63,349 nt of DNA, filler included, from Chiloscyllium plagiosum (GCF_004010195.1; 5 parts of one record of this genome joined end to end with filler, not necessarily neighbours in it); one strand, 5' to 3'. Counted from the whole stretch's first letter, positions 38,890 through 51,150 are shown. Numbers and translations: made by a program. The notes: generated from the letters alone by a model not told the origin.

Positions 38890-39615
38890 ATAGAATCATA
38901 AAATATAGAAGAGGCCCTATGGTCCATCAACTCTACACTGACAAAAATTACTCTAAAACTACACTGGTCACACTTTGCAGCACCTGGCCCATACCCTTGA
39001 ATGTTATATCATTTTGAGTGCTCGTCCAAGTACTTTGTAAAGGTTGTGAAGATCCCGCCTCAACTATTCTCCCAGACGGTGCATTCCAGATTCCCACCAT
39101 TTTCAGGGTGAAAAAGAACTTTTCCTCAAATCATCTCAATTTTCATATGCCGTTAATCTTCCCATCTGATCAATCCATTAATATTCTCTTGTAACCTAAG
39201 ACTGTCTCCCTCACTGTCAACCACTGAACCAATTGTTGTGTCATCTTCAGACTTACTTTTGCACCCCCCACATTCTCTTTTGTGTCATTTGTACATTTCA
39301 CCATCAACAAGGAACTTAGCACTGACCCCTTTGGTACGCCACTGGACACTGACCTCCAGTTAGACAAACCGCCTTCTACCACCAGCCTCTGTCTCCTAAC
39401 TGCTGAGCTAATTTTGAATCCAATTTGTCAAGTACCCCTGAACCCCTCGTGCTTTTACCTTCTTTACCAGTGGTCAAAGGTTTTGCTGAAATCCAAAAAA
39501 CTATATCAACTGCACTTCTCTCATCTACACACTTCATCACCTCCATTAAAAAATAATTTGTGTTTGTTAGGCATGACCTCCCTCTGACAAAGTTTTGCAG
39601 ACTATCCCTGATCAT
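38890..39615 (-). mobile_element. CR1 RT fragment with internal deletion, degenerate
   Basis: IRDSLQNFVRGRSCLTN..AVDIVF; SNWRSVSSGVPKGSVL. Confidence 0.8.
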
Positions 39616-42600
39616 ACCTTACAGCTTACAGCCTGAAACAACATGTATCTCAGGGCTATTCGCTTATTTTCATTCTTCACTCACCCAGCACTGACCCAAA
39701 TTCTTGTTGTGCCAATTAATGTAGTCACATAACCAGGCAGTTTGCCTTGCTGGTCAGTCGTCCTCTGTCAAAGGAACTTACCTATTGTTGAATGGCAATG
39801 TGCTACATCTAACCTACACTTCCATCATCTGCTAGCAGCTACACAGTGAACACACGGCATGTGCAGCAAACAAACAGCCATGTATCAAAGTCTAAGGGAA
39901 TTAGTCCTCATTGAAGTTGACAGAGTCATTCATCAGGCAGGGGTTCCCAGCAGAGTAAGTCAAGGCCAACCTCCCATTCCAGTCCAGGGGTTTAGTCACA
40001 ATCAGGCTTCTGGAAGGATGTTCTCAGTTACTGTGTCTGTGCCTCTGGAGGCCGGAAATGGGTCATGTTAAGTTCTGTGGTCCAATAACGGATAGATCGA
40101 GAGGTAGGGAGATGTACAGCCATCAGTCATGGCTCTGGACTCTTCAAATCTGGGACTATCCAATTAGGTTGCTCAAGAGGTGGACCATGGTCATTCAGTT
40201 AGGTTCATCCAGCCAAAACTGATAGGAAAATGGGAAGGGGAAGCAATGTTGAGGAGGGTTCAAGGGTGGCCTGGTGAGTTTCCTGCCACAGATAGATGGC
40301 TCAGATAGATGAGGCGAGTTCGGTACCAGAAGGTGCAAAATTGATTGGATTCATGGAAAGGACTATCAGAAAGGGGAGTTGCATGTTCGGGGCTTAACTG
40401 ACATATAGAGGTGGAAGCTGGAGACCACTGCCCTTCTAGCATGCTGTGAATTGAAACTGTGCAATGGGAATAAAACAGGCATGATGGCACCCCGAATGGT
40501 GGGGTAAGTTCTCAATCTGTGAGGGAGGGCCATGCAAGACCCACCAGCATGAGTAATTTAGAGGGAAACAAAAGTACACACAGATCCATGTACTGAACAT
40601 GACACAGAGTTGTTAGTTCCCCAACCCTTGCCGATCCTAACGCATTGGCCCCTTGTGTGCTGCATACATTCCTGCCCTAAACATTGCTGACCACTTTAAC
40701 CAACAGTAACACTTTTACACACACCAGGGAAACGATAGGGAAGTTTGACCCAAAAGGGCAATTACTACCAGCAGCCCTGTATACAACTTGTTCCTCTTGT
40801 TTCCAGATACTGTAGCAGGCCCTCAAGACAGACAGTGCTCCAGGGTACATCGTGTACAGAAATGAAGGTTGGTATTCTGGTAACATAATTATATTCTGGG
40901 CTAGACAGCGACTCATGAAAACTAATGTAATTCAAAACCATTCATATTTATGGAAATGTTAGCATTGATATAAAATTCAACGTCACTCATGCCACTAAGG
41001 TGCCCTCAAAAGATTATCTTTTCTCTTTTCCTCCTACTATCTCTGAGCAGAGTTCTTGGGATTGCAGCTGGTGCTGAGGGAGACTGCTGGGCAGAGGAGT
41101 CTCTTTGGCCATCAAGGTTTGATTGTGTGAACTCGACGGCGTTTCAGAGTAAACAGTCCAGACACATTGAGGATCTCCTTGCTAGAGGTAAATGACTCTT
41201 TTCAGATTGAACCTACACAAGTCAGAGAGGGACAGACAGGGTGGAGGTGGAGGTCTCAGCCACATCTGAGTGTCCTGAGAGGAGATTTCTAAAGGTCCTC
41301 TGTGTAGTTTGTCCTGATTGGGTGCCTTCAGTCATCACCACCTTGCCTCTTTGAGAGGAAGGGGGCACCTGGAGTGAATGTTAGATTTCCCATCTTACTG
41401 TCTGCCATATCTTTGGTCATTGGGAGCAATAGCTGGGGTGATGGAGTGCAGGTCTATGTGGCTTTCCAGCACATCCTGTCGGCGTTGGAGCATTGCTCTC
41501 CAAGACACTCACCAACTGATGCATGAAAGTTGCCAGCAAACCTGAGGCAACTGAACATAGCTGCTGTCCTGAAGTCCCTGAGCTCTGAGGGCCCCTGCCT
41601 CCCACGTACCTGCCTGCTGCTCCTGTGCCTTCCAATGCATATGGATGAAACTCCTGACTGCCTAAACAAAAGGGTTCTCTCCTGCCTAGGGCTGAACAGC
41701 TGCCTGGTCTCTGGCAGTTCTCTGAGTGATAGGGAGCTGTGGCATTTCTTCCTCATCCAGCTGCGGAATGGACTCAATGAAATGCTCATCAAGTCGTGAT
41801 TTCTAAACCTGATGATACCACCAAGGAAATGGAGGCTAGGCAAGGTTATTGATCTTGTGGTTGGGGGGTGGTGGTGGTTGTGGGGGGCGATGGGAGTGGG
41901 TGGGAGGTGAGGTGGAGGTCTGCTGCAGGAGCAATAAATAAGGGAAGTTGTGGATGCAATAGTGAGAGAAGCAAAGCTTGAACCTTGCTGGGAGATGGGT
42001 GCAGTGACAGAAATAGGGTGAGCGTGAGGAAGCAGAGAGAAGAGTGTGGTATTTACCTTGGCAGAACAGAGAAGGTTATTAATCTTATCAGAACTGCCAA
42101 CCACTCATCCAGACTGTAGGAACAAGAGGCTCATTGCCTTGGATGTTATGTCACGTCAAGTATTTATTCAAGGACTTTTTAAAGTTTATGAGGTTTCCTG
42201 CCTCAACAAACTTCCCAGGCAGTGCAGTCCAGACTCCTAGCTAAAGAGAAATGGAAGACATGTTTAGCCTCTTATTAGGCAATGGCGAGTCTACCAAATT
42301 GCATTCAGAGTCTGTTTATATCTTTCTGAATATGAACTGAAATGGATAACATTGACGCATAATTGCATTAAAATGATGACACACTGTAAAGCAATAAGTT
42401 CCAATTAGTTTGTTCCACAATGAATAGTTACATGAAGAAAAGCAATGGTATGCTTCTATGCTCTAAAGGGTTTTGTCATTAAGAGTTTGAGTAGAACACT
42501 CCACTAACCTTCCATTACTATTCCCTTGCATGGAATAGCACCATGTTAAATATCACATATTCCCTCCTGACCCTGATTAAATACGAGATAAGGTAACCAA

Positions 42601-43711
42601 CCAGTTAGCAGGGGTCAGGATTCACAGGGAAGAAACTGTGGCAAATGGTTGATCCTGTTGTCATTTAAAGTTGTAACTCGCAGCAGAGATCAGCAAATAA
42701 ATTAAGTTCTGGTGATGCTGTAGCATGACCAGCACGACTGATCTTTTTATTAAATCGAACGCTGCTGGCTTCTTCAGAAAGGAATTACTTGGTCTTTGCC
42801 CGGAAGGCTGAATTTAAGTGAATACATGAACACTATCTAAGGACATATGCATTTCTCTGGAAGCATTCAAGCTCAACCTAACTCCCAGAGGGAAAGTTAT
42901 CAAACATATTAATTGCATCATTTATTTTGCTAAGCTTTTAAAATGCAGTGCATAAGAGGTAGCTGAGAAAGCAGATAAGCATTTTCTTTCTGTTGATTGA
43001 TTTCCCAGGAAATCCATTGAAAATTAGCCAGTTGTCCCAGAATTAACTTCTGAAATGTAAAGCTTCTTTTGGCAAAAAAGATATTTTAGTACTTGTTCAT
43101 CATATAAAATTCCATAGAGGCCATTGTATGTGTTAAATACAGATTCATTTTAAGGATGGCTGTACATTCAAATGTATTTATTTTGTTTCCAGAAAAACAT
43201 CTGTCACAAGCATTAGAGGAGGTTAAGGATGTGACTCTTGTTCATTAGATGTTTTATTTTGCTTCTGTATATATTTATATCTTACAATAAAGCTGTATAA
43301 TTTAGCCTGGAAATAAAGGTCCCCATTTTTACAAAAACTTCGCCAGGGTGTGGGGAGTCCAGTAATAGCTAACAGAGCTACGCGGGCCAGCAACCAGAGA
43401 TCTTGCTGAATTGAACAGTAGGATATCATTGTAATCTTTATTCCAATTCCTGCCCAGCTGCTGGAAAAACAAATAGCTGGGCCAGTGGTGAAGAGGATAA
43501 ATCAAGTACTGGAGCCACAGGTGCCAGGTAATCAGAGAGGCAGACAGATCACAATCAGAAAGGCCGAGGAAAGTTGGCAAACTGGAGAACTGAAATAGGG
43601 GACTTGATGGAGGCTGCCATTCAGAGCAGGTGTACCAAAAGATTCTGAGCAGTAGGGAGAGGAGCATACCTGATTCCCCTGGTACTCAATATTTGCAATA
43701 AAACACACTTA

Positions 43712-44205
43712 TAGAAGAATACAGTGCAGTACAGGCCCTTCAGCCCTCGATATTGCGCTGACCCAAGCCCACCTAATCTACACTAGCCCACTATCCTCCA
43801 TATGCCTATCCAATGCCCGCTTAAATGCCCATAATGAGGGAGAGTCCACCACTGCTACTGGCAGGGCATTCCATGAACTCACAACTCGCTGAGTAAAGAA
43901 CCTACCCCTAACATCTGTCCTATACCTACCCCCCCTTAATTTAAAGCTATGCCCCCTCGTAATAGCTGACTCCATACGTGGAAAAAGATTCTCACTGTCG
44001 ACCCTATCTAAACCCCTAATCATCTTGTACACCTCTATCAAGTCACCCCTAAACCTTCTTTTCTCCAATGAAAATTCTTCACTGCACTATTTACCTGGGT
44101 GGCAACTTTCAAAGATCTGTGTACATGGACACTAAGATCCCTCTGCTCATCCACACTACCAAGTATCCGACCATTAGCCCAGTACCCCATCTTTTTGTTA
44201 CTCTT
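43712..44205 (-). mobile_element. Young CR1 3' end with internal deletion near 44075
   Basis: RGDLIEVYKMIRGLDRVD..FFTQRVVSSWNALP; ANGRILGSVDEQRDLSVHVH. Confidence 0.9.
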
Positions 44206-46412
44206 TTGGAAGCCTAAATTAAAAGCTAACTCCTGTCTCTCTGTGGCTAAAATCTTGCACGCACTGATGACCACAAAAAAGGCATGTGGGGGACAAGTTA
44301 CCCAGCAGGACCCATTCCCATCAGCAGTGGGAGGTAAATATGGAGCCCGTGATCTAACAATGCAACCTCTTCAACTTGGTTAAGCAATCATTGAAACACA
44401 GGAAGTATCACATAGATAGTTGCATATCTTGAGGGGTAGGGACTTCTCATTCATGAAGCACACAAATCCATTCCAACTGCACAAAGATCACCACATTTCA
44501 TTTCATAAATTGTATAGGCCTGCTTTCTAACACTATGTTATGGTTCTGAGCACCAAGAGTAAATTATAATATCTAATTCCATGTTCCTTTTGTACTATGA
44601 GACAGAGATTGGGAGCTGGTAATCATGGAGCAAAAAAGGCAGGAAGAAATGGAATGCAACTAGTCTTGAATGACTTGAATGTTTAGTGTCCACTTGCAGA
44701 AGAGGTGATGGACTCAGGTAATTTCTGAGATTTTAATTTGCACCGATCGACCACTTCTAACACATCAGGAAAGTAACATTGTGCGAAGCATGTAATAGGT
44801 GAATGATTCTACATTGCTCTTTCCATAACCCCATCAATGTTGAAAGTTTTTATGTGTAACTTTTCTTTTTTTGTAAGTTGCACAACTTATAACAAACAGA
44901 AAATGCCAAGCAAACAGTGCAGACTTTAATTTGTTGGAAATGTTCTTACTCAGCACAAAGAACCTAATTAATTTTCTAATTCTTTTTCAGGCTGGTTGTT
45001 ATCAGTTACAGCAATGATTATTGTTTAATCTCTAGCTGCTTCATTTTGTGAAACTGAGAAATAGATTCTGAATAGGTACGAACACCACCTCAAAAAAGAA
45101 TTTCAATTATAGCTAACAGCAATGATGAAATTTTAAAATAAATTAGTAACATTTACAACTGTGCTTGATAGAGTGACAGCTTCCAAGTGCAATGCTCCTC
45201 AAGTTACCATGAAAAAATGTCTTGCATTTCCTGATACTACTAGGATCGATATTGTTTCACAGGTCAACCATTTTATTTGTATATTTGTGATTAAAAATAC
45301 ACATGCAATCTGATCTTCTTGATACCTTCTGTTAAAGTCATCATTGCATTGCAAGTTAATAAAATAAGTTTATTTCTATATGCTGTGTGAATGAAACTAT
45401 TCACTGTGATGTTTTTGTAAATTTGCTATTTATTTATTGGGAAAACCTTTTCTCCCTTGTTAATTATCAACCTTGGAGTTCAATCCCATATGCCAGAATG
45501 TCACCTTTTGATTTATGGACTTGCTGCAGGGGGTCCTGACCTTTTCTTTGAAGAAAAGCATTCATTTAAATATTCTATTTTCTGGTTCATTGCAAATGCA
45601 TAACAAGTCTTTTATGTTCGATATTGTTACAAGAAACAAGGTCTAGTAGTCATGGTCAACTAATGAATGGTATAAAAGTAACTGGTGGTTTGAGATATAG
45701 ACATTCTTAATGCTTCCAAAGATCATGCCATATATTTTAATGTATTTTTTTCTGTTCAAGTATTCCATTTTAAAATCAGTTTATCAAATTTATGAGGCAT
45801 TATATAATTCTGTGTGAAATGAACCATGTTTTTTTATGTGGATGTCCTTCATACATTCGTAGGAAAATACAACTTTCAAAATATATTGTTGCTAACATGT
45901 TTGTTTTCCTGCAAAATTAAATATTTCAGTGTCATTATTAACATTGAAAGAATCAGAGGTCTTGAATCCTGAAAGTGGTATTGCATTGGTGCATCCCTAA
46001 TCCCTTTATATTTCATCCCACCATGAGCTAATGAAGGCACTTCGCATGGAAAGATCAGCTAGTTCAATGAGTAACTGTGCAGTGTGGTGAGTACTATTAA
46101 GAAGGAAAATTTGACAGTATAATCCCACAGCAACAATAAAATGAAGCACTAATTAATCTGATTACAATAGTAAGTCTCACAGGAGTTGTTTGGCACAGGG
46201 CATTAGGAATTACATCATGGTATCTTGTAACATCATACCTGCACCTCTGAAATTAGCAAAAGAACAGAACTAAATTTACTGGCTTTTAACATAAAAGTAT
46301 TGAGTCACTGCATAAATATGGTAGACATGTACTTCAAATTAAATTAATCTAATTGCACTCCACCTTTCCATCACAGTTTATGATTATAATAGTAAAATGT
46401 CCTAGTTCTTCT

Positions 46413-47113
46413 TGTTGGACTTTGGCTCAATCTACAAACTTACTTTCTTCTATGTGTGAGCCAAGTCTTGCGTGTTCTTTTAAATGAAGCAATAGGAGAA
46501 GATATTCGGTCTCACACTCTTAATTTATTTTACACAGTAAGTGAACAAAGCATTCAGAGCTCTGGGTCTAAACCTCTTTGTCCCTGACAAACTACAAAGT
46601 GTATCAGTTCAAAAAGTAAGACCTCGTTTTGTCCCTGCCCCATTCTTTTATACAATAAAAAACGTCATATAAACACTGAGGTAGAATGATCTTTTGATTG
46701 GGTGTTACTCTGACTCCATTCCCCGCCTCCTCGCATTCCTAGCTGTCCGACCCCACGTGACCTTCTTTTGCCCGCGAATTGGAGCATCACGTGACCTCCT
46801 CGACCCACTTCCGAGGCGCGAAACGGGACGTCACGTGACCGCCCCGCACTCTTCCGGGTGCGAAACGGGACGCCACGTGACCGCCCCGCACTCTTCCGGG
46901 TGCGAGACGGGGATGTCACGTGACCGCCCCGCACTCTTCCGGGTGCAAAACGGGACGCCACGTGACCGCCCCGCACTCTTCCGGGTGCGAGACGGGGACG
47001 TCACGTGGCCACGCCCCCTGCTTGGGTTACAGAGCCAGCACAAGGTTTTGAGTGCTGAATCCATCCAGAGTCACAGCCAGCCTTCTGTCTTTAAAGTAAG
47101 GGATATATTTACA
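46413..47113 (-). mobile_element. ERV 3' LTR (about 700 bp, TGT..ACA)
   Basis: Starts TGTAAATAT right after a polypurine tract. On the minus strand, in order: U3 tandem array, CCAAT (46697-46701), TATAAAA (46646-46652), AATAAA (46524-46529). The 3' end ..GTCCAACA at 46413 is a best guess. Confidence 0.8.
46754..47017. promoter_or_regulatory. U3 enhancer array: 42/43-bp units with E-box, GC-box and ETS site
   Basis: CACGTG at 46754, 46788, 46832, 46874, 46917, 46959 and 47002. Four full units read CACGTGACCGCCCCGCACTCTTCCGGGTGC.. . Confidence 0.8.
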
Positions 47114-47125
47114 AGTCCCCCTTTT
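47114..47125 (-). other. Retroviral polypurine tract
   Basis: Minus strand AAAAGGGGGACT immediately precedes the LTR TG. Confidence 0.8.
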
Positions 47126-47157
47126 GATCTCATGAAAATGAGACCAACCAACCAGTT

Positions 47158-47472
47158 CTATACATCATATTCGCTCTCTGATGCATAGTCCTCCCTCCTT
47201 GCTAAAGCCATAGTTTCCGTCTCCATCTGTGACATCTGGTAAGACGGGGGAGCCTTCCCTTCAATTGCTGTAATAATTACCCTGTTTAACAAAGATCTAA
47301 TACAGGGAATACAACAACATCCGCACAACACTAACACAATAATCATACCTCCGAGGGACATAAACAAAGAGGCAATTAATCCCTTCCATTTCCCAAACCA
47401 TGAATCGAACAGTCCTCCTAGAGGATTGTAAATACCCGAGTGTTCATGCATTTCTTCAGACAAAATTCTTAG
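47158..47472 (-). pseudogene. env: ERV env remnant: membrane-proximal ectodomain, TM helix and cytoplasmic tail
   Basis: LRILSEEMHEHSGI..WFGKWKGLIASLFMSLGGMIIVLVLCGCCCIPCIRSLLNRVI lies between integrase and the PPT. SU and most of the TM ectodomain are absent. Confidence 0.82.
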
Positions 47473-49625
47473 GGTTCTGTGGCTGCACACTGGCTCCAAT
47501 GGTACTAGCTTTCTCCTTTCCCCTGTAGTCTAACCGCATGCGATGTCCTCTCCACCACCTTATAAGGTCCTGTCCACCTCGGCTCCGACCACTTCCGTTT
47601 GATCACCTTCAGCAGGACCCAGTCTGTAGTAGATGGCGCCTGGCTCTGTAGTTCCCCCTTTTCCGGTCCAACCTGTTTGGAGAAAGCTGACACCAAAGCT
47701 GTTAGTTGGTCATAGTAAGGTTTGTACCTTAGAGAGGCTCCTCCTCCCTCTAACATCTGTATTCCAGCTCCTGGTCCCGGGAACTGCTGCCCTGTTGTCA
47801 GCTCATACGGGGTGAACCCTGTAATAGAGTTTACTGAGCTTCTAATGCACATTAAAGCTAAAGGTAGGGTATCCACCCAGCTTAACTTTGTTTGTGCACA
47901 CACTTTTCCTATTTTTCCTTTTATGGACTGATTCATTCTTTCCACTTTTCCCTGTGACTGAGGATGGTACACTGTTCCAAACGCATGTTTCAGTCCTAAA
48001 GCTGCTTCGACTTCTTGCAGGTCTTTATTCTTAAAATGTGTGCTATTATCTGACCTGACTTTCTTTGGAAACCCATACGTTGGAATATATTGGTTTATCA
48101 AGAATTTGATCACTGTCTTTGCATCTTCCTTTTTCGCAGGTATTGCTTCTGGCCAACCAGTGTATGCATCCACTGCTACCAGCAGGTACCGATATCCGTT
48201 TACTCTCTCTATCATATCAGTGTAGTCAATCACTATTTCCTGACCTGGCATTCTTGGAAGAGGGAATTTTCCCTCGTGTGGTTTCACTGTTGCTCTCACG
48301 TTGTATTCTGTACACGTTCTACATTCCCTGATATAATTTTCAATCATCGCTGGCAAGAACGGATGCCACCAATGTGTCAGATACCTCTGCATCTGTGTTT
48401 TTCCACAGTGTGTGAGCCCATGTGCCTCCTGAAGCATAGAAGCTATCAAACCTGTGGGTAGCATCCGGTGACCTCCAAATCCCTTCTGACTCTGTGGCCC
48501 CTCTCTCTCTCTCCATACTGTCAGTTCATGAGGAGAGGCTTTCTGCTGCTCTTTTATTAACACATTTGCATCGCAAGCGGGCAGCAGGTCATACACTGTT
48601 CTCTCTGTTTGTATCATTATATACTGTGGTGTATACCCTGCTGCTTTCTTCGCTGCTGAGTCTGCTTCCTGATTACCCTTCGCTACTACTGTATCTGCTT
48701 TATCATGTCCTCTACACTTGACCACTGCCACTTCTGCAGGTTTCATCAGGGCCTCCGCTAATCTTTTCATATCTTTTTCATGTTTAATTGGGGTTTTTGC
48801 TGCTGTTAAGAATCCTGCTCTGATCCATTGACTAAGTTCTACCTGTATAGCCCCTGCCACAAATGCAGAGTCGGTATAGATATTTACTCTTTTTCCCTCT
48901 GACCATTCTAACGCAGCTATCATTGCCTGTAGTTCAGCCAACTGAGCTGATTCTTTACCTGTCACTTTTCCTGTCAACACTTCCTCAAATCCCTCACTTG
49001 TTTGTCGCACCACTGCATAGGCTGCTTTAAGTCCTTCAATTGGATGTCTATAACAGCAACCATCTGTGAACAGCACTTCTTCTGGGTCTACTAATGGAAT
49101 TGCCTGTAAATCTGCCCTTACTTTGATATCTCTCTGTACCCTTTCCTCACAGATGTGTGGCTCTCCTTCTCCCATATTATCAGCCATGTTAATTCCTTCA
49201 TGTGTAAAAATTATATGTGGTGCATTCAAGATTTTCTCTAACCTAGTTTGCCGCAATGACGTCATTGTAAAAGCTGTTGAGTTCACATAGGCCACTATAC
49301 TATGTGTCGTCAGTACTGTTAGTGAATGGCCCATGACTATATGTGCTACCTTTTGGAGAATTTTTGCTACCCCTGCTGCATGTCTTGTACATGGCAAGTA
49401 TCTGTCCTCCACTGGGTCAAGAGTAACACTTACGTACATCAACACCTGCCTGCCTCCCCCTTTTTTCCGAAAAAGAACACCATTTATTGTGTGTAATTTT
49501 TCAGAAATATCGAGGAAAAATGGCTCCTTGTAATCTGGGACCGCTAAATCAGCAGCCCGTTAAAGAGATATGAAACTTTCGTCTGCCTCCGTAGTCCACT
49601 GCAAATGGGCTGACAAATTTCTCAT
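47473..49625 (-). pseudogene. pol: ERV pol: RT thumb/connection, RNase H, integrase
   Basis: RNase H: FTDG / SAQLAEL / YTDS / GNQEAD. Integrase: HGLTH..CRTC, IDYTD / SDNS / GKVERMN, WTGPY. Frameshift near 49560, premature TAG at 47505, cut off by the gap. Confidence 0.93.
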
Positions 49626-49725
49626 NNNNNNNNNNNNNNNNNNNNNNNNNNNNNNNNNNNNNNNNNNNNTTAATTAATTAANNNNNNNNNNNNNNNNNNN
49701 NNNNNNNNNNNNNNNNNNNNNNNNN
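49626..49725. other. Assembly gap with TTAATTAATTAA spacer
   Basis: 44 N + spacer + 44 N. Confidence 0.98.
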
Positions 49726-51150
49726 GAATGTATGTGGGGAGTTCCTGGACTAGGGGGGGATAGGACAGTGTCGAGGTAGGTAGAAATGAGTTCAGTTGGG
49801 CAGGAGCATGCTGAGACAATGGGTCGGCCAGGTTGGTCAGGCTTGTGGATCTTGGGAAGGAGGTAGAACCTGGCAGTGCGGGGTTCCCGGACTATGAGGT
49901 TGGAAGCTGTGGGTGGGAGATCTCCTGAGGTGATGAGGTTCTGTATGGTCTGGGAGATGATGGTTTGGTGATGGGGGGTGGGGTCATGGTCGAGGGGGCA
50001 GTAGGAAGAGGTGTCCTCGAGTTGGCATTTGGCTTCAGTGGTGTAGAGGTCAGTGCGCCAGACTACCACTGCGCCCCCTTTATCCGCTGGCTTGATGGTG
50101 AGGTTGGGATTGGAGCAGAGGGATTGGAGGGCTGCGCGTTGTGAGGGTGAGATGTTGGAGTGGGGGTAGACAGGTTGAGGCGGTTAATGTCCTGGCGGCA
50201 GTTAGAAATGAAGAGGTCGAGGGCAGGTAATAGGCCAACGCGGGGTGTCCAGGTGGATGCAGTGTGTTGGAGGTGGGCGAAGGGGTCCTCGGAATGTGAT
50301 TGTGAAAGTAAGCTCGGAGGCGACGGAAGAATTGTTCGACGTCATGGCGTGTATTAAATTCATTGATGCGTGGACAGAGGGGGATGAAGGTGAGTCCTTT
50401 GCTGAGGACTGATCGTTCGTCCTCAGTGAGGGGGAGGTCTGGGGGAATGGTGAAAACCCGGCCGGACTGAGAGCTGGGATCTGGTGTGAGTGTGGAACTG
50501 GGAGTCGGGGCGGAACCTGTAACTGGAGTGGGTGTGATGGTGGGAGGAATGGGGGTAGAGTCATGAGTAGGGGTAGTGTTCCCCTCGGGGTTCTGGGGGG
50601 TGGAGATAGTGACAGAGCGGTCTGTGGGCGGCATGTCAGCAGAATGCAGGTGAGTGGCGTTGGTGGGGGCGGAAGTGGTGGTGACCACAGCAGTCGGGGT
50701 GGCGGAAGTCACTGAGCGTGTGGCACCAGCGATGATGTGAGGGGCGGAAGTGATGTCACTTGTGCTGCATGAGGAATTGTGAGGGGTGGAAATGGTTGTG
50801 GGAGTGGCCATGATGGGGTCGGAAGTGACATCATCAATCAGCGTGGGGGTGGCAGCTGCATCAGCCACATGGCTAATGGCGTCTGAGTAGATTCCGAGGC
50901 CAGGGGAATCTTCTGGAATGTTTGAGGAGCGCTGGTTATGGAGGTGGGTAGATAAAAGTTTGTTGTACTTACAGTTTTTGATGTTTGAGATGGAATTGAA
51001 ATACTGTTTGTTGAGAGTATGAATTCTCCTGAGGATGTAGTACAGAGTGGGTCCTTTGCAATTCTGAGAGAGTGTGCCCCTTAGCTGAGGCAGGGCTGAC
51101 TGTAGAGAGGTTAGGTGCCGGTGCATTGCTGCAAGCGTGGAGCGGAGTAA
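49726..51150 (-). mobile_element. Penelope-like element, N-terminal region to RT start
   Basis: LTEDERSVLSKGLTFIP; TARFYLLPKIHKPDQPGRPIVSACSCPTELISTYLD (PLE RT start); Thr/Pro-rich linker. Confidence 0.9.

Noticed and set aside
41417..42104. 216-aa ORF as a gene
   Set aside because: Low-complexity, non-ATG start, no recognisable domain or splice signals. The 39700-42250 region may be decayed DNA-transposon sequence but I cannot support a call.
44991..45075. Plus-strand exon with good acceptor and AG|GTACG donor
   Set aside because: Stops in the frames I read and no partner exons. It could only be non-coding and is unsupported.
46754..47017. CRISPR-like array or coding repeat (ORFs 46665-46976, 46694-47188)
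   Set aside because: No spacers. The ORFs are by-products of a GC-rich tandem repeat lying between the PPT and TATA box, i.e. LTR U3.
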